Shown: positions 21,270-30,548, numbered from the stretch's first letter. The stretch: 64,000 nt of DNA from a candidate division WWE3 bacterium (GCA_013335095.1 JAAXWF010000001.1:214797-278796), one strand, 5' to 3'. A program made the numbers and translations. The notes: generated by a model from the sequence alone, not told the origin.

Positions 21270-22237
21270 CTTTTATTTAATAAAATAACTTTACCTTCTG
21301 GACCAGAAAAAATATAGGCCGGCAATAATGTTCTTTTCTCGTTAATTGAGTGAAACAAATAATTATCGGCATAATACGCGGGTGTAATAGAATCCACATG
21401 AATATATCTATTTTCAGGATCTGTTAAATAAATGGCATCTGCAGCGCCATTTTCCATTTTACGACGAGCCTCCCCTATTGAAAGAACATTAGTAAATGAG
21501 TCCTCATTACGCACATTAGGTAAGAATAACGATAGGTTACGAATAGTACCCGTTGAATCTATCATAATAGACGTAGTAATGGGCAAGATTATTGATGCAC
21601 CATTCATTGAATAGGTAATATCACTAATTAATAATGGGCCAGATCCGGTAGCGGAAACCTGTATGTTTCCATCAGGATCTAAAAGCATATAACGAACATT
21701 TACTAAATCTACACTAATAAAGTCTTTTGGTAACTTTACTTTATCTAAAAATGTAGTCAATGCTTGTGATAGCTGTTCTGGAGACGGTTTACCTTCAGCT
21801 AAATTATTAGGACCAAGATTAAATGCTGTTGAAAAATTAATTACTCCCATCTTAGGATCAATTGATAAAACTTTATTATCCTGAGACCAGATGAACTGCT
21901 CACCCTGGTTCGATACTGTCGCTTTATCAGTAAGTCCCAAGGTAAAACCAATTAGCTGCATTGTACTGTTAGTAAACCAACGGCTCTCTGGTAAGGCTAA
22001 TTCAATATCTGCCATACGAGAAACATTCATTTCTTGCCGACCATCAACAAATTCAATATCAACTGGAGAATTACTTAATTCATCTACGAGGGTCGGGCTA
22101 CCGCCTAGTTTTATAACCGATTGAGTTGGTCTACGAGCGAAATATTCAAATAACAATGCGATCCCAAACAATAATACGATCGCAATTATGGACCCAACTA
22201 AAAGAGACAGTTTGTGTTTATTAATAAAATTCATCAT
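21266..22237 (-). CDS. single-pass membrane-anchored hypothetical protein
   Basis: N-terminal TM, large extracellular region; 4-nt overlap with downstream gene. Confidence 0.7.
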   Translation of the reverse strand: MMNFINKHKLSLLVGSIIAIVLLFGIALLFEYFARRPTQSVIKLGGSPTLVDELSNSPVDIEFVDGRQEMNVSRMADIELALPESRWFTNSTMQLIGFTLGLTDKATVSNQGEQFIWSQDNKVLSIDPKMGVINFSTAFNLGPNNLAEGKPSPEQLSQALTTFLDKVKLPKDFISVDLVNVRYMLLDPDGNIQVSATGSGPLLISDITYSMNGASIILPITTSIMIDSTGTIRNLSLFLPNVRNEDSFTNVLSIGEARRKMENGAADAIYLTDPENRYIHVDSITPAYYADNYLFHSINEKRTLLPAYIFSGPEGKVILLNKR

Positions 22238-22270
22238 TTATTATATTTTAACTATTTCTAAACTATATTC

Positions 22271-24007
22271 TCAATCACCAGTTGGTACCGCCGTCGGTCT
22301 TGGGGTACTCGTCGGAGCACCGGGAATTGGGGTCATGGTCGGAGTTGGCGGAGGTGTGATAAAGCCAGCATTTACATATACAGGCCCACGAACTTCATCA
22401 TTACGTTTTCGATTTAGTGAGAAGAAGTAACCTGGTAACGCGTTAGTAAAGTAGTCTTCACCTCGACATACTTCAATAAAAGGATTGTCGCGACAATCAA
22501 AATCATCTAGTCCGATACCTAATGTAGATAAGTATCTATTAGTAATAATTTCATACTGAATATGACGACGGCCAGGAGTCCCACTATCTCCCATTAAACC
22601 TAACTGCTGACCACGAGCAACATATGGTCCATAACCATAAGGGAGCTTAGTCATTCTCTCAGTTGAAGAACTTGAACCGCTGACTAAGTTAGACAATGAT
22701 ACAAAATAATCAGGTCCATAATAAGTACGCCTATAATGGACATCATTCAACATTAAGGTATATGGCATCAAATGTGTATACCGAGTAATCATGTCCGGAA
22801 CATTATCTCGGTTTAAATCAGATTCAATTTGAATCATCCATCCTTTTTCGCGAATGTACTGAGGTGCCGGTCCTGCATATGTTACAAAACCAGCATGCGT
22901 ACTATACACATGCATTGTATTTGCTAGGCTATTATTTGGCTTAACATCAATACCTGGATGAACCCAGCCTTCACGAATAGTCGGCAAGATTATTGTTGGC
23001 ACTCGATACGGAACATCAGTCGGACCTGCACCAATAGGTGTCGGAGATCCGCTAGCACTGGGTGTATAGTTTGGACAACTATTATGAGCATATAAAGCTG
23101 CGACGATATTAGCTAGAACTTGTTTGTGCCGCTGACAAATATATCCGTATGCACAATCTTGTGTTTTTAGAGCCCTAACTAAGTCGCCGGTGCTAACTGC
23201 CTGACTATTGAATGCTGATGCAATCGCCGGATCTTTACCAATTATCATGGTAAAGTATTGGCGTCGATCTGGATCAGCACCAGTACGAGAAATAGCCTCG
23301 CCTCCAGTATTTGCAATATCATCAAATGTAGCCGTATTAATTTGAGATCTATACGTACCTAACCCACCAGCTTGCCCAGAATTGAGATAGTTCCAGGCAT
23401 CCCGTTGAGCTCGTGGACTATTATTAACAATCTCATTCATCTTGGATCGCAACGTTGCAACACTTGAACCATAAAAACTTATGAATACATCTTTCCAGTG
23501 TTTACGATTCTCACCAGCCTGGTATCCACCAATTTGGTAATTTCGATAAGAACAGAATACTGATACTTGGCTTAAAGATCGATTATCATTACAGTTCACT
23601 AGATACGGATCAGGCCTCCCGCTTGTAGTATTTGAAAATGGATATCCATTCTCAAACCAAAGCCATGCGGTATTTAAATAGCGAATAATAGTAAATCCAT
23701 GACTTGCTGCATAGGCTTCACCTGATAACATTTGATTGACATCCCACTGGGTGTTTGCATCAGATTGGATTTTGGCACGAAAGGCTAAATAACCGGTGGA
23801 GCCCGTAGCTTCAGGTTGAGGCAAACCCATTGCTGCATAATCAGGTTCGGCAGGGCAGGCCTGTGCACTAACCGAAACAGGTTGGTGAAAATAAAAGGAC
23901 AGTATGAAGACAGATAAAGAACCGATGAAAACTCCGATACTAAGTCCAAGATAGTTCAAGCGAAATTTTCCGAGTTTTAAATTAGAATTAAGCATCTTTC
24001 TTAGCAT
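22271..24007 (-). CDS. secreted protein with unknown N-terminal domain and C-terminal M23-like domain lacking its first strands
   Basis: Signal peptide ending VSA; HPGID, YSTHAGFV, YTHL, GQQLGLMGDSG, HIQYE; Pro/Thr tail. Confidence 0.75.
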   Translation of the reverse strand: MLRKMLNSNLKLGKFRLNYLGLSIGVFIGSLSVFILSFYFHQPVSVSAQACPAEPDYAAMGLPQPEATGSTGYLAFRAKIQSDANTQWDVNQMLSGEAYAASHGFTIIRYLNTAWLWFENGYPFSNTTSGRPDPYLVNCNDNRSLSQVSVFCSYRNYQIGGYQAGENRKHWKDVFISFYGSSVATLRSKMNEIVNNSPRAQRDAWNYLNSGQAGGLGTYRSQINTATFDDIANTGGEAISRTGADPDRRQYFTMIIGKDPAIASAFNSQAVSTGDLVRALKTQDCAYGYICQRHKQVLANIVAALYAHNSCPNYTPSASGSPTPIGAGPTDVPYRVPTIILPTIREGWVHPGIDVKPNNSLANTMHVYSTHAGFVTYAGPAPQYIREKGWMIQIESDLNRDNVPDMITRYTHLMPYTLMLNDVHYRRTYYGPDYFVSLSNLVSGSSSSTERMTKLPYGYGPYVARGQQLGLMGDSGTPGRRHIQYEIITNRYLSTLGIGLDDFDCRDNPFIEVCRGEDYFTNALPGYFFSLNRKRNDEVRGPVYVNAGFITPPPTPTMTPIPGAPTSTPRPTAVPTGD

Positions 24008-24019
24008 ACGTTTAGTTGA

Positions 24020-26272
24020 CTAGTTTTTACAATAACGATATTCACCGTAATCTTGTGATGGGTTACCGCGATATGGACCTTGAGAATCAGCTTCGCCTGT
24101 GTATCCCCACTCCTGGCTAATTTGTCCGGACACGGGCCACCCATATGGCCTTGCTTGATCATCTGAAAGACGACCACCAATTGGTATCGATGCGAGGATT
24201 ACTGAACGCGATGCACGATCTTCCTCTAGCCCTCCAAATTCAGCCGATACTTCGATTGGCCCGATTACTGAATTATTTGAGGAAGCGTTATAACCGCAAC
24301 CACCAAATGCAGTAACATCTCGATACAGATAGAATAAAGGATTTGGTGTGGTGTCAGGCTTCTTCGGTAAAATTAAGACTCGTGGATCAGTACCTAAACA
24401 ACGTCCATCTTCAGTACGATTACCCGATAGCTGATCATATTTATCACACACAAAATTGTAGTCGCGAGGAACCAACCCACCTAATCCAGATATTGATGGT
24501 GGTGCGATATCGATACAAGGAGTAAAACAACCCATGGCGCTCGCAGCTGGTGGATTTACTGTTTGGAACAGTCGCTTTATAGGTGCTGGAATAATCATTC
24601 GATCTTCAAGCCAAGACATAATGTCTGAGTTTTTATCTTCAGGTGCCTTCACTTCGCAAGTCGGTCCAGAACAATCAGCATATGGAATTAAATCGCCTTC
24701 TCCATCACCATTTAAATCAGGACATTGGCTTAACGAACCACGTCCCTCACTCTGCGCTCTTTCATAGCACCATGGTGGAGGACAACCAGGTACAGTATAT
24801 CCGCCTTGGTCACAAGTAAATCCGCCCGCATGAGTCTGGTCAGCAATAGTAATTCCATAATACTGGGCACATTCTTGTATTGTGGGTTGGTGATCTGGTC
24901 GGTATTGACATCCCCATTCACCACCATGTAACTTAACCCCCTGACATTGACACGGAACCGCTGGTTGTGAAAGTTTATACTCCCCGAGTGTTTGTGAGGA
25001 TGTAATCGAATCTGTAGTATCCGGTAACACAGTAATCTCTGAAGAAGACGGCTGTAACGGCAACTCTTTTATCTCTCCAGCCTGTAAGGTGAATGGTCCA
25101 AACACAATTTGTGGACTGGTAACATCTGGACGTGTCTCTAAATACATAGGTACCCCATTTATCGTTCGTATCAGAATCGACGGCCAATCAGGGTTAGCAG
25201 AACCATATAATCCGATTTGTTCGGTTAAATATTCATCCAGGGAAGAACCATGTATATAATTCACTGGATTTAGAGGATTGTCTGTAGCACCTCCACGTGC
25301 AACCAAAAAATCAACGTTGTGCGCAAAGGCGTCTTCACCTCGTGCATCAAATGTTTTTGTATTAAGACGAACTAAAATATTATCGATTTCTAGATCACTT
25401 GTATTTTCAGCCTTGACGTATAACGAAATTGCATTAGATGCGTATACCTCTGTATGAAATTCAACGTATGCTTCGTCTTCACATGATCCAGTAAAACAAT
25501 CACGCACGCACTTATAAGAATATCCATCACGCCGAATAAACTTATTTGAGATAGAATTCGCCAAACCAAAGGTATTTGGACCTTGCGCCGCATGGCTAGT
25601 AACAGGAACAGCTCCCCAGTCAGCCATCACGGGAGATTGGCCACACCAACCAGCAATAACATGACGTATCCCCGAAACATGACAACCACTCTCAGGACAA
25701 ATCTCCCAATGCGGTGGTTCATCAGTTGGGGTCGGTACGGTAAAGGCATTAGCTGTTTCTCCAATCAGACCATTTAAACTAGTCGGAGTATTCAGCTCAG
25801 TACTCGCAAGAGGTGAATTTTGTTCTTGTATTCCACTACGGACTCGTCCTGGACCACATTGAGGACAAGAAATAAGACTTTCATGTAATTCTTTCAGCGG
25901 ATCTTCGACAGTTGGGACAAAGGCTTCACCACCAAGGGATACGGTATCCCACTCTAAAGATAACTTAACTTGTTTTATCATATTTGGAGCAGGAGGAACT
26001 CCCGGAGGAACCTCACCAGTAGGTACAGGAGCATCTGAGGGCACATTAGCAGGACCTTGAATTACAGCACCTCCAGGAAATGCACCAAAGAAGCCATCAA
26101 AGATAGAATCAAGACGATCTCGAAATCCACTGAAGATACCACTATTATTTCCGCTACCATCAAATATTCCACCCGCATGAGAAATACTAACGGGTCTAAC
26201 GATACAAAGTAAGGTAATCAAAAACAAAAACAGCAGTCGAGTAAGACTAGAAAAAACAGTTTGTTTATTCAT
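24020..26272 (-). CDS. large secreted Cys/Pro-rich protein ending in an M23 N-terminal motif
   Basis: Signal peptide ending SHA; many Cys; C-terminal PYGWPVSGQISQEWG. Confidence 0.75.
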   Translation of the reverse strand: MNKQTVFSSLTRLLFLFLITLLCIVRPVSISHAGGIFDGSGNNSGIFSGFRDRLDSIFDGFFGAFPGGAVIQGPANVPSDAPVPTGEVPPGVPPAPNMIKQVKLSLEWDTVSLGGEAFVPTVEDPLKELHESLISCPQCGPGRVRSGIQEQNSPLASTELNTPTSLNGLIGETANAFTVPTPTDEPPHWEICPESGCHVSGIRHVIAGWCGQSPVMADWGAVPVTSHAAQGPNTFGLANSISNKFIRRDGYSYKCVRDCFTGSCEDEAYVEFHTEVYASNAISLYVKAENTSDLEIDNILVRLNTKTFDARGEDAFAHNVDFLVARGGATDNPLNPVNYIHGSSLDEYLTEQIGLYGSANPDWPSILIRTINGVPMYLETRPDVTSPQIVFGPFTLQAGEIKELPLQPSSSEITVLPDTTDSITSSQTLGEYKLSQPAVPCQCQGVKLHGGEWGCQYRPDHQPTIQECAQYYGITIADQTHAGGFTCDQGGYTVPGCPPPWCYERAQSEGRGSLSQCPDLNGDGEGDLIPYADCSGPTCEVKAPEDKNSDIMSWLEDRMIIPAPIKRLFQTVNPPAASAMGCFTPCIDIAPPSISGLGGLVPRDYNFVCDKYDQLSGNRTEDGRCLGTDPRVLILPKKPDTTPNPLFYLYRDVTAFGGCGYNASSNNSVIGPIEVSAEFGGLEEDRASRSVILASIPIGGRLSDDQARPYGWPVSGQISQEWGYTGEADSQGPYRGNPSQDYGEYRYCKN

Positions 26273-26347
26273 GCATTAATAGCAACAGTACCTAAGTTGT
26301 AACACCTATTTATTATCATTTCAAGTAATGTCACAGTCATTAACGAA

Positions 26348-26770
26348 CTAAGCATTATACTTTGCTTGATTAGAAAGGTAATCCCTTAATAATTCCTTTG
26401 CCGATTCAGAATGTCCCAGATTATGAGATAGAGATAAGCCATCATGTCGCATATTTTTCTCGGCCTGAAATGTTGTTAAGAATTCAGAAAATAATATAAT
26501 ATCTACTCCAAATTGTTTTTTAATTTTTGTAAAGACTTTTTGAAAATTATCAGGTAATTTTTTCTCACCCATATCTCCGACAAGAAATGCGGTAACATCA
26601 AATTCTTTCACGATGTTCGATAAATATTCAAAAAAGAGGAATTCATTCTTGTACTGATGCGATGATAAACTTTCAATCCCATACGCAGGACGATAAATAG
26701 CCAGGCCAATATATCGAAGACCCAAATCCACACCAATAATTACCTGTTCATTTTTATGTTTGACTGTCAT
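26348..26770 (-). CDS. ruvX: YqgF/RuvX family nuclease (pre-16S rRNA processing), divergent
   Basis: IGVDLGLRYIGLA, LVG, SEFLTT (canonical DERLTT), SAKELL..YL. Confidence 0.75.
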   Translation of the reverse strand: MTVKHKNEQVIIGVDLGLRYIGLAIYRPAYGIESLSSHQYKNEFLFFEYLSNIVKEFDVTAFLVGDMGEKKLPDNFQKVFTKIKKQFGVDIILFSEFLTTFQAEKNMRHDGLSLSHNLGHSESAKELLRDYLSNQAKYNA

Positions 26771-28274
26771 TTCCACTACGCACCTCAACCTTCACCTCAA
26801 GTCTATCTGAAATATGCGGCATAGATCGGAATGCATCGGGGATATATGGCCAGAGATTCATATCATAACCATCAACATGCTCCATCGACTTTAATATCGA
26901 CTCAGCTTGTGCAGGACGTATATTTAATAATTGGTCATGGATCTGATTTAGATTGAGATCAGGAACGACCATTGTTGCTAACTTTGCCTTTACGGTTATA
27001 GCCGAATTTACTTGACCTTCAATTTTTTCTAACGCAAGAGAATCTTCATTGTCTGTTACGACGAATCCATCTGGTATATTATCACGGGCGACTTTACTCA
27101 ACAGTTCTTTTACATCGCTTTCAGAAAATGCAACTACACTAGCAGAAATTTTTAACGTCAGAGCAAAATTTGAAGCCTCTGCTCCTACTGGATGATCATA
27201 GTCAGCAAATTTAGTATCAAATGAAATCATATCATCAGAAAATGTCTCACCTTCTTTTAATTCAGATTTTACTTTTGTCGGTGCATCAGCCTGTAATTTA
27301 CTCTTCAATTGCTTAAGAGCATTGGATTGATCGTCGGCCGATACAACAGTTACCTCACGAGTCAATCCTCCCGTTAATGCTTGTGGATTCGTCGCTCGAA
27401 CTGATCCAAGACCTTTTACCTTAAACTCGCCAACCGTAAAATCAGAATTAGCAGAAAGATTATATGTTTCACCAATATCAAGGGCTCCAATAGCAAGAGG
27501 CGAAGATTCACCCGGATCGAGGACCATTTGACCATCCTTCTCACTAATAGTCACCTCATCAACACGAACGGATTTATTTAGTACATATGACAAAGTCCCG
27601 CTTTTAAGAATAGTTCCAACAGGTAACTCAAGTGCAGAGTCACGGAAATTTTGGATAACAACCTGACCCGTCGCTTTTTCTCCAACCTGCTTTTTTCCAG
27701 AAGATGGGAATGTTTCACTTTGTTCAATTGTTGTTTCGACCTTTCGTCCTGGAATTTTCGAATTTGACTCATCAATTGTTTGAATATCTGGGTCAACCGT
27801 AACAATAGAACTTTTTTCAATAACTCGCTGATTAACGTAGAGCGTTACAACACCACGAGGTAGATAGTATAAGACAAATCCTGCCGTGGCTAATCCGGCT
27901 AGCAACAGAATAATCAAAAACGTAGCAATTAATCTTTTTGGAGTAAGGACTGATTGATGATGTTTATGTTTTTCATTCTTTGCAATCGGAGTATCAGCTT
28001 GTTTTAGCTCGTTCTTGTCATCGAGTACGCTCTCAGTAGATTCTTCGGAGGGCTCACTATTCTCCTGCACACTCATTGGTTGTCCACCTTCATGAACTAT
28101 ATGTATTTTTTTTCCTGTACGTTGGGCTACTTTCTCTAAAAGCGATAAATTTGAATGATACGACTTGAATACAGATCCCTCTGGCAAAAACAATTCGATA
28201 TCTTCACCAGAATACTGCTTCATCCCGTGAACTACTTCATATAATCTAATATGGTCATCTAATATTATTTTCAT
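26754..28274 (-). CDS. single-pass membrane protein with baseplate-J-like extracellular region
   Basis: Cytoplasmic N-terminus, TM, KATGQVVIQN, LPVGT, GETYNL, NPQALTGG motifs typical of baseplate J/gp47-like proteins next to ftsA-like genes. Confidence 0.65.
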   Translation of the reverse strand: MKIILDDHIRLYEVVHGMKQYSGEDIELFLPEGSVFKSYHSNLSLLEKVAQRTGKKIHIVHEGGQPMSVQENSEPSEESTESVLDDKNELKQADTPIAKNEKHKHHQSVLTPKRLIATFLIILLLAGLATAGFVLYYLPRGVVTLYVNQRVIEKSSIVTVDPDIQTIDESNSKIPGRKVETTIEQSETFPSSGKKQVGEKATGQVVIQNFRDSALELPVGTILKSGTLSYVLNKSVRVDEVTISEKDGQMVLDPGESSPLAIGALDIGETYNLSANSDFTVGEFKVKGLGSVRATNPQALTGGLTREVTVVSADDQSNALKQLKSKLQADAPTKVKSELKEGETFSDDMISFDTKFADYDHPVGAEASNFALTLKISASVVAFSESDVKELLSKVARDNIPDGFVVTDNEDSLALEKIEGQVNSAITVKAKLATMVVPDLNLNQIHDQLLNIRPAQAESILKSMEHVDGYDMNLWPYIPDAFRSMPHISDRLEVKVEVRSGNDSQT

Positions 28275-28276
28275 AG

Positions 28277-29407
28277 TTATAATTCAACCCTGGTTAACGC
28301 TTCAATATTTGGTAACTTACCCGAGATTGTTTCTATCTTAGGGAAATTAACAAAATGTAAAAACTTAGTCCAAGGATACGCTGATAAACGCGATTTAATC
28401 TCACTTAGATGGCGCGATTCACCTGAAATAATAAGCCGCGGTGGGAGGTCATTTACTTTGAATTCTGAGAGCGCCGACGCGATGCCTTCTACCCAGATTT
28501 CGAGCGCAGTCTCTATCGAATGTTTTGTCATTCGTCCACGATCTTGGTCTAAATGTCCTTGGGCATATTCTAATTTCAAGTTCTCAGCATTATCATATGA
28601 GGTATTAAGATCTTGCTGTATTTGCCAGGTAATATCATTTCCTCCAATAAATAAGACTTCGTTTCCAACAACTTTCCCGCTCACAACAACAACGACCTCA
28701 GTCGAGTCGCCACCTACGTCTAAAAGAATAAAATCATTTCCGTCTTTTGACAAATCGACAGCGGCTTGCACCGATGTTTCAATAAGTGACACGATTTCAA
28801 GATTAAACTGATCAATAAGCGCATTGATCGTGTTTAGTTTAGTTTGGTCAATAAAATAATGTAGCACAGCTACCTCAATTTCGTTACCGGCTAGACCAAT
28901 GGGAGTCGAAACACGGGCCCCATCGACTTCAAAACCAGTAAAACTTGTTTCAACTCGAGTTAGTTCAGAACCACACTTTGCCTGAAGCTCTTGTAATGCT
29001 TTGTTCAATGTTTTTTCTTCTATTTTTTGGGCAATGACTTCAAACTCTTTCTCGGTTAATATCTCGGTCGGATGGCTCCGTTTGGTCCTGACTCGAAGGC
29101 CTCGAACATGAATCATCCCACCTGATAAACCTAATACAACCTGATTAGATTGCGAATCTGATTTTAGAGTTGCTTCATCTAATGCTAGCTTAAGGGAATC
29201 GGTTACGGCATCTAAATTTGTAATTTGCCCTGCATACATACTTTTTCGGCCCTGTATCTGGGATCCCATCCCAATAATCCTTGACTCGTGTTGTTCATCT
29301 GCAGGTTCAAATACAGCCACACGAATAGCAGAGCTACCTAAATCGATAGCGGTGTAGTATGGGGTCTTCTTTTGTTTAAAAATATTACCTAAAAGTTTTC
29401 CCTTCAT
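28277..29407 (-). CDS. FtsA/PilM-like actin-fold ATPase
   Basis: AIDLGSSAIR, GQITNLD, LLDVGGDSTE, GGNDIT..I, AENLK; no ftsZ adjacent. Confidence 0.85.
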   Translation of the reverse strand: MKGKLLGNIFKQKKTPYYTAIDLGSSAIRVAVFEPADEQHESRIIGMGSQIQGRKSMYAGQITNLDAVTDSLKLALDEATLKSDSQSNQVVLGLSGGMIHVRGLRVRTKRSHPTEILTEKEFEVIAQKIEEKTLNKALQELQAKCGSELTRVETSFTGFEVDGARVSTPIGLAGNEIEVAVLHYFIDQTKLNTINALIDQFNLEIVSLIETSVQAAVDLSKDGNDFILLDVGGDSTEVVVVVSGKVVGNEVLFIGGNDITWQIQQDLNTSYDNAENLKLEYAQGHLDQDRGRMTKHSIETALEIWVEGIASALSEFKVNDLPPRLIISGESRHLSEIKSRLSAYPWTKFLHFVNFPKIETISGKLPNIEALTRVEL

Positions 29408-29466
29408 ATTCCATTTACTGTACTGTTTTTATAATGAATTATCAACTTGACGTAAGCTTTTATAGA

Positions 29467-29500
29467 TGAGAAAGCCCGGCACTTTCTCAAATGCCGGGCT
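29467..29500 (-). terminator. intrinsic terminator of the orphan transcription unit
   Basis: AGCCCGGCA-loop-TGCCGGGCT followed by TTCT on the minus strand. Confidence 0.65.
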
Positions 29501-29503
29501 CAA

Positions 29504-29690
29504 AATGAATCAACGTTTTCTGACTGGTACCTAGTCAACCGATAATTGATCGGTAACGATATTGACTAGGGTTATAACCATCAGTGATTATTGTGTCGCA
29601 CATCACCGTAGTGCGGGACTCAGTTCGTACTCAGAAGGTATTCGTTCGGGAATTTAATCCCACGCGACGTGCCTATCGCGCCTTCTGGAT
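29504..29690 (-). ncRNA. candidate structured RNA (3' trailer or independent ncRNA), family unknown
   Basis: Nested stems CCTAGTCAA/TTGACTAGG, CCGAT/ATCGG, CTGACTGGT/ACCATCAG; CGCAC/GTGCG; three-way junction closed by CAGAAGG/CCTTCTG. Strand inferred from the neighbouring gene and terminator. Confidence 0.45.
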
Positions 29691-29699
29691 GCTTGCTAT

Positions 29700-30548
29700 T
29701 TACTCAAATGAGGTCGTCGATTCGAGTAAGTACGCGAGCACCGCCTCCCGAGTAATTCTACTCGGACGAAACCGTGCGATGACCGCACCCAGATGCTGGC
29801 TCCAGGCATCAACATCGGCTTGGGCTAGATCCCATCGCGACTCCATGTGGTTACGGAGTAGATACTGACCCTCCTGCGGCGCTAAAGCCCTAATTCGAAC
29901 CGCAATCGGACCGAGATGCCGCCGGATCAGCTCAGGTATGATCTCCAATTCCGGATACGAAGCCCCTTGATTAAAGAAGCTTGCAAATGCCGGATTGGGT
30001 CCGACCTCTGCAAACCACTCGAGCCACACTTCGATCAGATCAATGGATAGATCAGACATGTGCTTCCAGCTTGGCCGCAGTTGATCAAGCCCCATCAAAG
30101 ACAACGCCTTGTAAAAAGCCGACCAGACCAATATAGCCCGAACCTCATCTTCATGTCCTTCGCGGACGAGATGAAAATCATGTGTGTGCCGGGGACAATC
30201 GTCCCGAGATACAACATATCGAGTTTCGACTTCGATATGAGGTTCCAAAACTTTCTTCCACTCGAAGGCACAGATGACATCGGTATCATCCCGACGTACT
30301 TCGTTTCGAATCAACCAACGGCGAAAACCACCGTTGACATCATCGCTCTCCAGAACCATTCGGTTTTGAGGGATAACAATCCCTTCCACCGTTACAATCG
30401 CCCCTCGGCTTTCTGATGTTATGCCGATGACCGTCCCCACGGGAAAATGGCGAATCGAATCACCCGCCACATTTCGAGGAAAGCCTCGGTGGCTATACAT
30501 TTTCCCATCTGATCCAGTGATTATCCCAATACCAATGACCTCAGACAT
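29700..30548 (-). CDS. orphan hypothetical protein, GC-richer than flanks
   Basis: 282-aa ORF, SD AAGGAG 6 nt before ATG, TATAAT at 30698-30703, no recognisable family. Confidence 0.7.
   Translation of the reverse strand: MSEVIGIGIITGSDGKMYSHRGFPRNVAGDSIRHFPVGTVIGITSESRGAIVTVEGIVIPQNRMVLESDDVNGGFRRWLIRNEVRRDDTDVICAFEWKKVLEPHIEVETRYVVSRDDCPRHTHDFHLVREGHEDEVRAILVWSAFYKALSLMGLDQLRPSWKHMSDLSIDLIEVWLEWFAEVGPNPAFASFFNQGASYPELEIIPELIRRHLGPIAVRIRALAPQEGQYLLRNHMESRWDLAQADVDAWSQHLGAVIARFRPSRITREAVLAYLLESTTSFE

Noticed and set aside
26754-28274. Prophage suggested by the baseplate-J-like gene
   Set aside because: The protein has a TM anchor, sits in a housekeeping-like operon, and no other phage genes are present.
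29700-29770. SRITREAVLAYL resembles the end of the E3-binding (PSBD) domain
   Set aside because: The rest of the PSBD motif (A.P.AR..A...G.G..G) is absent; likely coincidence.
29584-29868. 94-aa plus-strand ORF across the structured element
   Set aside because: Antisense to the orphan gene's 3' end, GTG start without SD or -10 box; the region is better explained by RNA structure.
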